Assembly (NCBI GenBank): GCA_051362555.1
Contig: CM120641.1
Coordinates: 3,658,001-3,722,000, forward strand
Direction of reading: 5' to 3'
Length of the DNA: 64,000 bases
From: Lingula anatina
Lineage: Eukaryota; Animalia; Brachiopoda
Position 1 is the first letter of the stretch, and every line of letters starts with the position of its first letter. A model generated the notes under the pieces. That model was not told where the DNA came from. It made no database searches and was given only the letters and a program-made list of their open reading frames with translations. The translations under genes were made by a program, and so were the position numbers. Positions 38,215 to 50,607 of this stretch are shown here, in pieces.

Positions 38215-41200
38215 TACCCTCTACCAGGGCTGCAGTTATTATTTGCTATATATTTGCTGAGGCGACCCTGTTACGTTAGGCCAGGAGGAAACAATTAACT
38301 CTGTCCGTGTGCAAAAGGCTTTGTACTCGCTCTGCGCCAATGTAATTAACGCTTGTTACTCAACCTGACCTGTCTTGTCTGTCTGCTAAAGGGCTGTTTT
38401 ATTGTCACAGATGAGCAATTAACTATCTTATTACTGTCAAGGGGACTTGGCAGGGACTTGCTAAGTGACCGTGCCTGAGTAGTTATGCAAACGATTACAA
38501 GCCATGTAATCATCCTTGAGATTTCAGAACAGGGTCACAGTGCAGAGATTAGCCATCTATTTAACCAGAGACATATCCATTAAGAGCGCGTCCATGAGAA
38601 AGCCAGACAGATCAGTCAGGAGGTGGCAAGGTGGGGGTCAGCAGATTTTAATAATTTTTGGTGTGGTAAACCATCAACATAAAAGATATTGTGAGCCACT
38701 GGCTTTCTTATTTTGGATCATTAGTTTTAGAGATATGGGGGCAGATCTTTTATTGGCAATTTTGCCAAAATATAGCACTTTTTAGCTCTTGAAAAGTTAT
38801 AATTTTAAATATTCTTTTAAAAAATCATGTACAGCATAAGGAATTATTAAGGTAAGCCACATGATAGGTTAAGGAAAGACCTTTAATACCCAGTACAGAT
38901 TTTTTGAAAAGGCACTGTCATGACCACACAAGGTTGATTCTAATAAGGCATGTTTTCCGTATGCTTGACCCCCTCCCCTTCTTTAAATGCACACAACTTC
39001 TTTTTTGCAGGTTTTATCCATATAATTTTGGTATGTGCTGATAGAAAAGGGTTGAAAAATAAATTTTGTAAAATAAAATCTGTGTTAAACCTTGTAAAAT
39101 AAGAACTACAACAATTTTAAAAAGGGCCTAAAAACGAATATTTTTATACTACTTAAATGCTAAACTGTTTCTTCAACTAAATAAATAAGTCAAAACCATG
39201 TATAGGTTTGTGAAAAGCCCTTAAAATAATTATGTTTGCCCTGCAGACGAACTTATGAAGCGAAAATGCATTTTTTAAATTTGTTTATGTTGTAGAAACT
39301 AAATGTAAAATAACGATGCTAACTCTGTGACCTATTTTCAACATGGCGGGTACTAGGATTATCACCGGAGCAGCTGTGGAGCAAAGCACATCGTCTTCAC
39401 AGTGTTAAAACATAATACTTTCTTAAATTTATGAAGAACACGCACTAGAGATGCTTAAGTACATCTCAGAAGGATTGGTGTGCACCAGAATATAACAAGA
39501 AATGACCATAGCAGCTGGTCGTCCTTAGAATGTGCATTTTTTGGTTGAACCACTTCAGACTGTTGTCAGGCTTGGGTTCCTCAATATATCCATCTCATCG
39601 ATTTAGCTCTGGATGTTTGTTGTAAGGTAAGTGATCAGTGGTGGCATACATATACTAGAATCAGATACACTAAAAACTCAAACCAGTTTAAATAATACGT
39701 TTGAATATTATTCAGTAATATAAAGAATATAAGCAAATTTTAAAGACATACTGGTATATTTCAATTCACAGAGTTTTACTTGATTTGTGTTTCATGGTAA
39801 ACATGTATGCTGAAAAGAATTAACTGTGTATCTAACTTATGAAGTATATTTTTGCATTAAATTTTAGGGCTTTGTTACATGTGTTATCATAACACAAACA
39901 GTTAAGGACTATGCTGAGCTTGAAGACAGCTTCATAAGAAATTTCTTACCCAGAATCAAAGGTATGTAACACACATTCAGTTTCAAGTTTTGGCATTTTA
40001 GGGGATGTTACTTGTGCCAGTTTTTTACATTTTAGTTTTATATTCACTTTGCAGATTTGTGTGTTTACAATGAAGTTGAAGTTAACCGCCTGTGCTTCAA
40101 TTTTCAAGACTTACATATATTACACAGGACACTTGTAACTAAAGGTACTTATGTAAAATCAGGAAAACTTTGCGGTCCATTATGTTGTTCATGTTGCTTT
40201 GCAAGGGGGCGTGCCAGACAATTAAGCTGATTACAACGACTGAGCCCGAGTGTGATACTCCGCTGAGATAGATTGATCCTGCTACGATAGTTTCTATTCT
40301 GAACACAGTAAGCCTCTGTTGTTGTAAAGCATTTATTGATGTTATGTTTATTTTTCAGAATTTACATCCTAGGCCTGTATGTGAACCTTGACCTGGACAA
40401 TCTTACAGACAATAATAGAAAAGTCACCTGAAATTGCACAGGCAAATTCATCAGATTCAGATGTGAGCACCAACTTTGTAATGCCTGGAACACTTCCACG
40501 GAGAAGAAAAAAGGTTTACCTTTTTTTCATTTGTTTCTTTTTATATCATGAAATTCTGGTAGCTACAGTCATGCATATTTGATTTTTTTTTTTACATTTA
40601 TGCAATATGTTTGATCAGAATATTATTTAGTAATTGTTCTTATACAGCAATTAACATGAGTTTAAAATATGTTTAATACATTTTCTTTTGACAGCCTGTC
40701 CTGCCATCTTCAGGTAGACACAGTAGTGGATATCCTGGCAAACCTCTATTGGACTTGGAGGAGCCACCTTGGGACAATCCCCCATGACAAATGTGCATCT
40801 TTGTCTTGGCAATCTCATTCAGTTTTGTAGGAAAGGAGGATTGGCGCCATTGAATTTACAAATATTGACAATTGACAGTTCAGTCACACTAAACTATAGT
40901 GGCATGTTGCTTCAAGTTACCACACTTATTCTAAGATTACTGAATTATCATTACTGTAGGAGACCCTGGATCTCTCAACCAGAAGAAGAAACTTGGGGAT
41001 CAATCAGTTATAAGATTAAAATCTGTGGAACACTACCCATCACTGTTGTGTTCAGTATATGGAAAAGATGGCCGTGATATAGGAACCTTGGAGATTCATA
41101 ACTTGATTTCACTCCTGTAAAAAGTAACTGCTTTGTTCTTTTACTGTCCAATTGATAATATGAAAATAAAGTACTCCTCCTGTCATTGTATGTTGCTGAC

Positions 41201-42403
41201 TCTGTTTTAATTTTCTTTATAGATAAAGAATATAGATATCAAGATATCACATGTATTTACAAAGCCTATGAATCATTAGAAAGGAAAAAGAATGGTTGAA
41301 AAATGCAATATAAATCATTTCAAGTGGATTAATTAGTGTTGCACTTGAGAAAACTGATAAAATGAGACAGTCATTCCCTTTTACCTTTAGAAAAATCATT
41401 TGTAATTTTTTTTTTCTCTATTGCTCCCTGAAAATAAGGTATATACACAATGCTGATGACACTGGATATGCACAGTAATAACTTATTAAATGGAGGGGGG
41501 GGGATAACTTGTAATTTAAATTTATTCAGAAGTTGTATGGCTCTGTTTGAAAAGAATATTATTTGAGCAATCCTGTATTACAGATCTCAAAATAAAAAAC
41601 CTGCAAAAATGGGCCTCTTGATTATTTTGAGGAATTAGGGTAACTGTATTTTTGGGACAGATTTGATGGCAGCCATTTTGTATTTATAAAAATTGGATAG
41701 ATTTGCCCTTATCAAAGCATAGTTTGAATTCCTGGCTGTGGGTCTTTGATTAAATTTGATTATTGGAAGGAATTTTATCTCAAAATGTACTGATATCTTG
41801 ATTTCGGCCGTTTGGTTTTCTGCTAAAATTGCTTAAGTTTGAGGCACTTTTTCAATATCTTCTGTTGTGTTTAACACACTTTTTGAATTTTGTATGATTA
41901 GACCAATATATGCTTAGGATCCCTATAAAATTTTATGGCTGTCAAGCCTGCAAAAAGAGAGATATGAATGCTTGAACATTGCTTGGTAGAAAAGTGAGTT
42001 TGGGGGGTGGGGTCATAAAAATGGGCGTGGCTCGTTAGTTTGTGGGTTAAACTGAAATTTAGTAACATATTCTCAATGGCAAATGGCTGGTTTAAATAGG
42101 TAAATTTTCAATTAATTTTAAAAAGTCGTCAGTTTTGACATATTTGCTTATGAAGTGGCTTTATTGACCGAAGCTGAAAATTAAGCCAAAAATGGCCAAA
42201 ACATATAATATCATATTATAATTATATCCAATGATTTCTTTTGGGATTGTTGCCTTCAATCTTAATATCTCCTATATATGCAACAATAATATGAATTTGG
42301 TTGAAATCTGTTGACCCCCACCTTGCCACCCTCTGACTGGTCTTATCATGGACACACACTTAATACCTAGTGAAAAATCAATCTGTGGCCCTGGTAGAGG
42401 GTA
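38215..42403. mobile_element. Non-autonomous TIR element (~0.4 kb of its own sequence) with 9-bp TSD, Mutator-like, hosting a nested insertion
   Basis: Perfect 16-bp TIR TACCCTCTACCAGGGC (38215-38230 and 42388-42403). Direct repeat TAAACTCAA at 38206-38214 and 42404-42412. Confidence 0.8.
38584..42359. mobile_element. Degenerate TTAA-targeting DNA transposon (Kolobok-like) with a decayed, spliced internal gene on +
   Basis: TTAA flanks at 38580-38583 and 42360-42363. Imperfect TIRs of about 60 bp (gagcgcgtccatga...ggtggcaaggtgggggtcagcagattt). The interior has AG/GT-bounded exon-like blocks with stops and frameshifts. The purine start after TTAA fits Kolobok better than piggyBac. Confidence 0.65.
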
Positions 42404-42606
42404 TAAACTCAAGGGGAAATATGAAGAGATGGCATTCTAGGTTCAGCATGTTTTGATCACTTCCACTCATACTGAGTTTTGAAGAGGGTTGTGCATTCGG
42501 AGTCCCTTCAAAAGTTAAGTGGAAATAACATTGGATTAAAAGGTCTTTCCCATTTCATCATCCTTTTCTTATATTACACAAATATTTTGTGACTATCTGG
42601 ACAAAT

Positions 42607-44002
42607 TTACATATTTTGAACATGATATGCAGTATCATTCAATTCACATTGTTTCAAAGCTTCCACCAATGCTCTCTTTGTTGCTTCTTCTCTATATTCC
42701 TTTTTCCACTGTATGAGAGATTTTCTACTCTGTTCCTTCAAATTTCTTGAATTCTCCTCTATGATACAGTCAATGTCAGTTTCTGTGAGTTGCAGTTTTC
42801 TCGCCAGGGTGCGCCAGTGACGGCCAATATGATCCACAACATAATCAAACTCCTTGGATAAATCTGAAATAACAATTACTAAACAGATTACTAAAGGCAA
42901 TTTTTCATTGACTATATAATGCAAATTTTTCTTAAATGAATATAATAATTAAGTTTTCACTTGACTTGGGTGTTCACAAGAGCTCTACAAAACCTTACAA
43001 TGCTACTACAAATTTCCGAAACTATGATATTTAAGAGAAATATGAATAACTGTGAAACTAACATTTAGCAACTGACTGTCCCTGCAGTCTCAACCTGAGA
43101 CCTTATATATAGTTATATATCAGAGGCATAGTAGGGTTAAATGAGGTGTACGGTCACTGTCTATTCTTTGTATCAAGTCATTTTCATGTGGGCATATGAT
43201 TTACTGGATTGGGAAGGGTCAGGGATGGGGATCTTTTTCTACAATATTTTACCTTCTCCAACAAATTCCTCTTCTTTTTGAACTCTTCCTGATTCTGAGA
43301 ATTGAAATGATTAAATATAGTTCTGTATATATCAAGTTTTTAAAAGAACAGACAAACCAAAAGCATATCAAACCTAAACATTCTTGTGAACTTAAATAAA
43401 CATAATAAAAGTAGTCTGACAGGCAATCAAACAAGCATGATATACAGCTACTGAAATCTATGAATGCTATTCATCACTTCACATGTACATACTAGCAAGC
43501 CAAATTAAATTAGATCTATAATTGCTTTTAATTAAAGTAATACCCCCTATGTTGGCTGACATATTTGCCCAAATATTAAGGTTCATTTTAACAAATAATT
43601 TCTGTTATTTTTTCTTTTATTCTAGAATCAAGACCCACTAATAAAAGTGCTTTAAAAATTGAATTTTTAAACCTTGGAAGAACAGATCACCAATTTACCT
43701 GAATGGGACCCAATTCCATTTTGACCAAACTGTCTTTCATATTTTTCTAGTATTTTGGCTAAGTCTGTTCTATTTTCTGTTGCCGAACTTAGCAGGGTGT
43801 TCAGAAATGCTGTATCGTCTGCAGCCAACACCCCTCGTTCCTCCAAAGCTTCCCAAAGATCTGTTCCACTTTCAATATCTTCCAATCTCCTACGCGGAAT
43901 TAAGTCTTTACACATATATTTCATAGCTTCTAGATCATCTCCTCTCATTCCCTTGGCTATGTCTACCAAGCATTTCCTAAAGTTAATGTTTTTAGCATCC
44001 AT
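42607..44002 (-). CDS. FADD: FAS-associated death domain protein (DED + death domain)
   Basis: Exon 44002-43699 encodes a DED (FRKCLVDIAKGM...DLEAMKYMC...DLWEALEERG...RTDL). Exon 42863-42607 encodes a death domain (HIGRHWRTLARKLQLTETDID...LKEQ...WK...LVEALKQC). The intron is phase 1. Confidence 0.88.
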
Positions 44003-44276
44003 TTCCAGGTCTCCGACTTAATAGCACACTGGACACGCACAATACATAACTACGGAAGGAACGAAAAAATGGCGACAAGATGGGGGAAAGGGGATTCCCT
44101 ACATGTGACGTCACGGTCCAGGAAAACCCAAATTTATCAAACCAACCTAGACAGATATACTCTATGGTAAAAAAACCCCTCACTTTTAAAGCAGAACGTA
44201 TTTTTAAAAAGCAAAACTGAACTTAAAAAGTTCGGACATCTCCGCAGCATGAAACTAGGTTAAAGGTCAAGTTAAA
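44003..44276. promoter_or_regulatory. Compact bidirectional promoter of FADD and LRPAP1 with kB site and CRE
   Basis: The divergent ATGs are separated by 274 bp. GGGGATTCCC at 44090-44099 and TGACGTCA at 44106-44113. Confidence 0.7.
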
Positions 44277-47200
44277 ATGGAGGTCGTGGGGGTGTTTCTA
44301 CGATTATGTTTGCTTTTAGCAGTTTTTTCCAAATTTGTGAACTCAAATAAATACACAAAGGATAAGAACATGGCGAAGGATGAAATTATCAAAATGGAGC
44401 GACCATTCCGCATGGCAAAAGTTAACCTTCTGTGGGAAAAAGCGAGAAAGGTTAGTTGGCATCAGCGAGCGTGGTCGATGTAACGCCAAACACATGTTGC
44501 ATATGAACACATCTTCTCTGTTATAGCCGTTTTAATGCGTTATGACTTAGATCTATATTTGTATAAATGAGTGGTCATTATATGAACTTAATTGTCCATC
44601 CTTTTTACCGTTTAATGACACGTTATTACAAAACTTTAGAACTAATTAAGTAATGCTGGAAGGGGCATATGCTATGAGAGGATTTGGCTTTCGAAAATAA
44701 GAAAGCACCTTGAAATGTCTTTAGAAATATCATATATGTATACTCTGTTTTGATCTACCTTTAAATTCAGGTTGCCTGTGGCAGTGTGCTTTTAAATTTA
44801 TATAAGGCATTGTTGGTTTCAGAGACTTTCCAAAAATCAACTAGCTGAGCTTTATGCTGAACTCAAACTTCATGACAAAAAAGAACTTCAGTTAAAACAG
44901 ATCATAGCAGATGATTTGGATAAGGATGGAGAAAAGGCTGCACGCATCAGAAAAGAATTCAGAGGCATGTCAAGCTATTCTTAAAACAATACTAGTAGAA
45001 TTTTTGCCTAGTAGTTTTTGAAAGACAGATAAAATTCACAAATTTTAGCAACTATAGTCTGAGTAATTGACTTTAAAAAGTAAGATTATCATGTTGTTTA
45101 TTGTTTTAAAAAGATAAGCCATATTCATGCTTTTCTTGTATATCACAATATGAGATGCCTTTCATTTTTTTATTGATTAGGTATAATGATAAAGTATGAT
45201 TTAGATGACCATTTTGAACATGAAGAAGATAACGAGGTGGAGAAAACTTTCAATTCAAAACCCCGCAAAGAGGCACAGTTAATCAATAAAAAACTAAAGA
45301 AGTTGTGGAAAAAAGCAGAATATGCTGGATTCTCAGGTGAGAGTCATGTTTTAAAGGGTTGTTGTTGAGGCTTAGTGCTAAATTAACTTTTAAGGAATGT
45401 CTAGCATGAAAGGTGGCAGTTTATAACGATGTCTCATTAGTGTTTTATGAAGAGGAATGTTATGGTGGAATCATGCATTTGTGCACAAGTGTTACTCTGA
45501 AATATTTCATATTGATTTTGAGAAAAAAAAAGATAGCAAAAATGATAGTATCAAAAAAGCTGACTCTGGTTTCACAAAGTTTCCCCCCTCATTTTTCAGC
45601 TCAAGAACTTGAAGATTTAAAGCAGGAGTTTTCACATTACCAGACAAGACTTGATGAGTATCACCAGTTGTTAAATGAAGCAGATGAGTGGCAAGGTTGG
45701 TATAGGAGATTAAGAACTGGAATAAGGCTTGCACATTTTGTTTTAGTCAATTGAATGGTATTTATTCAAAACAGTGTAAAACAAGAAAAATGCACCTTTC
45801 ATTTTATCTCAGAGTAAATTAATTTTAATATTTATTTTTATGTACAGACACAGATGTGTCTGTACATATTGCCATCACCTGCGTCTGTCGTCGCCGATCA
45901 TGTCGCCGTCGCCGTCGCCGTGCACTTTCAGCGTTAACACCATAAGTGGAAGACAGTTTTACTTTTTGGTTTTATATTTACAGAGCTGACTAATATTCAT
46001 AAAACGCATGTCAAGTTCGAAAATCAGCATGATCGGCCCATTATTGTAGAATTTATGCTGTTTTTTCACTTTTTAGCATATATGCAACACTGTTAACACA
46101 TTTCAAGGAAAACCGATAGGCCTGTTGTCATGAAACTCACAGGAGTATTCAGTCTTACTAAAATGCAGATCAAGTTCGAAAATCGGCATGATCGGGCCAC
46201 TATTTTAGTAGTTATGCTGTTTTTTCACTTTTCAGCATATATGCAACACTGTTAACACATTTCAAGGAAAACCGATAGACCTGTTGTCATGAAACTCACA
46301 GGAGTAATCCATCTTACTAAAACGCAGGTCAAGTTCGAAAATGGGCATGATCGGGCCACCATTTTACTAGTTATGCTGTTTTTTACACTTTTCAGCATAT
46401 ATGCAACACTGTAAACACAATATAAGAAAAACAGATGGGCCAATTGTCATGAAAGTCACAGGAGTGGTCAATTTTACTAAAATGCAGGTTGAGTTCGTAA
46501 ATCAGCATAATCGTGCCATTATTTTAGAAGGTATGCTGTTTTTTCACATTTCCTCAGATTCAATTTTTAGGCATGTTAACAGTCTCATTATTAAACTAAT
46601 AAGATACGTGAAAGTGTTTGTTTGACATTTCCTGCATCTTTACAACATTGTTAGTTGATTTTGTAAAAATGATGGTAAACATGTTATCGTGTATTGTGTT
46701 ATAAAGTGTCAAAAATGGAAATAAACTCATATCATTGCAGTTTGTCAGATTGAATCATTCACTATGTTCAGAATCTCAGAATGGAAGAAATTGGACATTT
46801 AACACTGCTTTATTGATATTTTTCCCATCTCATCAATTTTCTTAGTTGATCATATAAAAATGGCAGTAAACTGTTAATTTTGTTTTATGTTTAAAATTGT
46901 TAAAAATGGAAAAAAAAAAATTTCAGAACAGTGCTGTCTTGTTTACATTTTGGCATTTTCAAGTTGTGACTTTGAAGTTCCATGGGCCTGAAGACCTTTG
47001 CTAGTCACATTTTCTGAATATCCATGATACTAATATTTTATTATTAAAAATTGATGGTCATTATGCTGTTAAAAATTATGTAATATTGCATCAAAATTTG
47101 AAAAAAACCTAATTTGGGCACTGCTCCCATGATGACCATTTAAGAAAAACCATGTCAATTACTGTTCTCAAACAGTACAGTAAATATATATAAATGTGTC

Positions 47201-48415
47201 TGTACATATTGCCATCACCTGCATCTGTCGTCGCAGTCATCGCCGGCGCCGGCGCCTTGTTTTAATAGAAATTTAAGTATAATGACAGATAATGATCTAG
47301 TTGTAGAATGATGTGCATTTAAGTACTTTGACATGTTTCTATTACATGCAAGAGTGTTAAATATTTTAATGCAAAGCAAACTAAATACAGATTATTTTAA
47401 ATACTCTAATGTTTGACTCTATTTCAGATGTTTCAGATAATTCAATCAAAAATTTTGAAGACAATACAATAGATGGACATAAAAAGAGATCTATCAACTC
47501 CGACTTGAAGAAAAGGCATAAAGATCTTAAGATGGATTATGAAAGGCTAGAATTTTTGGCTAAAAAAGTACCTGATGGTGAAACGAAATTCACTGAACCA
47601 AAAGTCCACGAATTGTGGATGCAGGCTAAACAGGTTGACTTTAGTCCAGAAGAATTAGTAGCATTTGAGGTAATTGGAACTTAAGAAAATCACTGAGAAG
47701 TTCCAGGGGCCGATCCAGAGATATTTTCTGACAGTCTTCCCAATTATCTTTGTCGATCTATTCTCTATTTTAGACCATCTTAAGACTGAAAAAATTAGAT
47801 TCCCGTCAATGTAAACTTTAAAATTTGACCGTCTTACGGAAGACCCAGAAGACATGGTTACCAGGCAAATTATTGTTTATGAGTTATAAAAAAAAGACTA
47901 TCAAAGGTTCATGAAAACTGTCCTTTCTTTACTTTTTATAAGTTTAAAATAAAATATGTTTTTTTTCCTATACAGGAAGAACTCAGGCATTTTGAGCATA
48001 AACTGAAGAAACATGCTGATATGACAAAGGAATTTGAAGAAACCGTCAAGGATTATAAAAAGAGTGGCAAAGACATCCCTTTGAAAGTTGAAAAAATGGA
48101 TGAGAAAAATAGGGACTATGCCAAAAAGGTAAATGTATATAAATAAATGCAAGTATGGTTTGTCTGCTTCAACTTTAGAGTTTTTTTAATTGTATGAAAA
48201 ATTTTACAACTGTAAATGATGTAAGTACTAGGGAATTCATAATGTTAAAAGTGGTTGGCATCTTTATGTAGTATAAATAAGTAGTACATTGTAAAATCAC
48301 TGTTTAGTCCATTCTTGGTAAATAGCATAACAATATATGTTCATATTTCTTATAGATAAAGAAGCATCACACAGAGCTGCAAAGGAAAATAGACAAGAGA
48401 CACATAGAGTTATAG
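44277..48415 (+). CDS. LRPAP1: LDL-receptor-related protein-associated protein (RAP)
   Basis: Exons 44277-44450, 44823-44964, 45181-45336, 45600-45695, 47428-47669, 47976-48128 and 48356-48415. Signal peptide, PFRMAKVNLLWEKA, DKDGEK, FTEPKVHELW, EELRHFEHK, and a C-terminal ER-retention-like HIEL. Confidence 0.92.
45836..47262 (+). mobile_element. HINE/Helentron-like non-autonomous element with internal ~159-bp tandem repeats, in LRPAP1 intron 4
   Basis: 5' hairpin tgtacagacacagatgtgtctgtaca, a (cgccgt)n tract and ~3.5 copies of a 159-bp unit (45985-46550). The 40-bp subterminal motif recurs at ~47194, followed by a GC-rich palindrome and cttgttt. Confidence 0.6.
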
Positions 48416-48933
48416 CCTTAATACATACCAGCTGCCAATGATTTGATCTTTTTCTTATTTTAGATATATTAATACATCAAGTTAGAACCAAATATTTGTA
48501 TTATGGTAATAATTAATCAAGGAAGTGAATTCAATCGAGAAAAAACACAAACATTAAAAAGATATATTAGAATATTTGACACCATTTCTGATTTTTTTAC
48601 ACTTTTCTATTTACATTATGTGACAAAAATATTTGACATACAGCTGATTTCCCAAATAGATCTGACAAAAGGAATGCTGCTTCATTGTTAAAGAAGTTAA
48701 CTTCTGCAATTCCAAGGTGCTTTCTTAGTTTGTTAATGAGGTCTTTTTGTAGTTTTTCTACAGTACAATATTTACTGGACCCATTTTTTGCATTATTGTT
48801 TGAAAGCACACATTTTAAAAATGTGCATTTCTTCCAAGTACAATTTTATTCTTGTTACTCACATCTTTTAGAATAAAGAAAGTTATCCTTGGACTTGTTT
48901 GCTCAATAAAACATTTAATCTGGTCTCCATTAA

Positions 48934-49257
48934 AGGGATAACAACTGTTCGTAAGATATCCATATTTCACTATAAATAAATTGCAAACAACTCATAGAAA
49001 TATAATAAATTCAACTTTACCACCCAAATGGCGGTTGACATATTTATTCCAGAGTTAGTGCTTGTAATCACATGACCTCACATGACAGATGGCTACACAC
49101 TAATCTCTAAAGAGAATGTAACAAAAAACCAAACTTTTTAGAAAAAAAACAGGGACTAACTTCGAATGTGGGAACGGATTCATTGGGAAGTATGGGAAAA
49201 GTGTCCTTTACCCCAGGAAAATTCATTTTTTGGCCAAAATTAACAGTTGTTATCCCT
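48934..49257. mobile_element. 324-bp MITE, Kolobok-type
   Basis: 16-bp perfect TIR AGGGATAACAACTGTT, with TTAA on the left and TTGA on the right. Confidence 0.7.
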
Positions 49258-50607
49258 TTGAAAAGCAAACAATGGCTCTTAGCCAACTAATTTAAATTTC
49301 ACAATCTTAAGGGCTTCTTAAGATGCTTTTTTCCCATTCACTATGCCCTTGGAGCAGAATATATTTCTCTTGATGATGATTGTTATTAAAGGATTATAAG
49401 AAGTGTATATGACTGACTCAAATCATTTTCAAATTAAGCTGAAGTGGATGATAACAGGGATGAGAAGAGTTTAGGCATCAGTCACAAGTGGCTTTTACAG
49501 TATACGGAATATCTTTCAGAGTGTACTATGAATCTCTGTGAAGAGAAATTGTGATCACACACGTACCTATCTAGCACAATGCAAACAAGTACAAACAACT
49601 CTTCTGTCCTTTCTTTTTTATTGTTTCTTTAAATGCTAGGCATAAAACCACAAAATGCAGTCATGTAACCTTCAACAAAAACTGGCCAAAACTGATTCTG
49701 ATTTTCTTGATTTGCCACAAGCACAATGCTTTAAAACTGTTCATACAGTTAAGCATAGCCTATTCAGATCAGGCATACTAATCTAAATTTTCATCTGACC
49801 TCAATGTGTTTTTAAACTGGCAATTTATGTAAGAAAACATTATGGCCAAATCTGAAATAATGAAATCTGTGACAGAACATGTTTCATCATGAAGAGTTCA
49901 TTAAGTTAATGCATTTTAACAGCATCAAGACTCCTCATTCCATCACTCAAAAAGTCTGTGTGTTGTTACAATTGTATATTGCCACAATTTTGTGTAACTA
50001 TATTTGATTCTTCATCCTTGACATGGACTGAATAAAATAAAAAACCCACCAAAGGCAGTGTCAGCTAAAGAGTAATGGTAAGCATGAATTATTTAAAATA
50101 CTGTCTTGGGGGCATATGACTTAACATGTTAGTAAAGTGCAATATTAAAACTGACAGGCAATCACTGTCATCCACTATCACTACAGTTTATGAACTGGTC
50201 CAATTTTCATGACAAGAAAATACTTTTGTAATGTTGTGAGCATGGTTTTGACAGATAAACCTTTGCCACTTTTCAACAAAAAGACTGGTTTAGTAATTTT
50301 TATGTTGCCAAATATATGATGTCAATCATCAAGAACTATAAGTATTGATTTTCATTAAACACCGTTGTAATTGAACAAAATTAACATCAAGCATTATAAT
50401 AGTGCTACAGAAGGGCACACAAAATTTGACCAAACGATTATAGGGCGTTTCATAATTTGATCTCAAAAAAGAAGAAAAATAATAGTGCCATTTTAATTGT
50501 GCAGAGAGAATCCTCCCGTGCACAGCAATGCCTACAGTGGCCATGTCATCCAACTCCCTTGCAATGCTTGGCCATTATGAATGCACTGCACTGTTTAGCA
50601 CCCTTAT

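Noticed and set aside
43062-43100. Possible 39-nt in-frame FADD linker microexon
   Set aside because: The acceptor lacks a pyrimidine tract, so it cannot be supported without RNA data.
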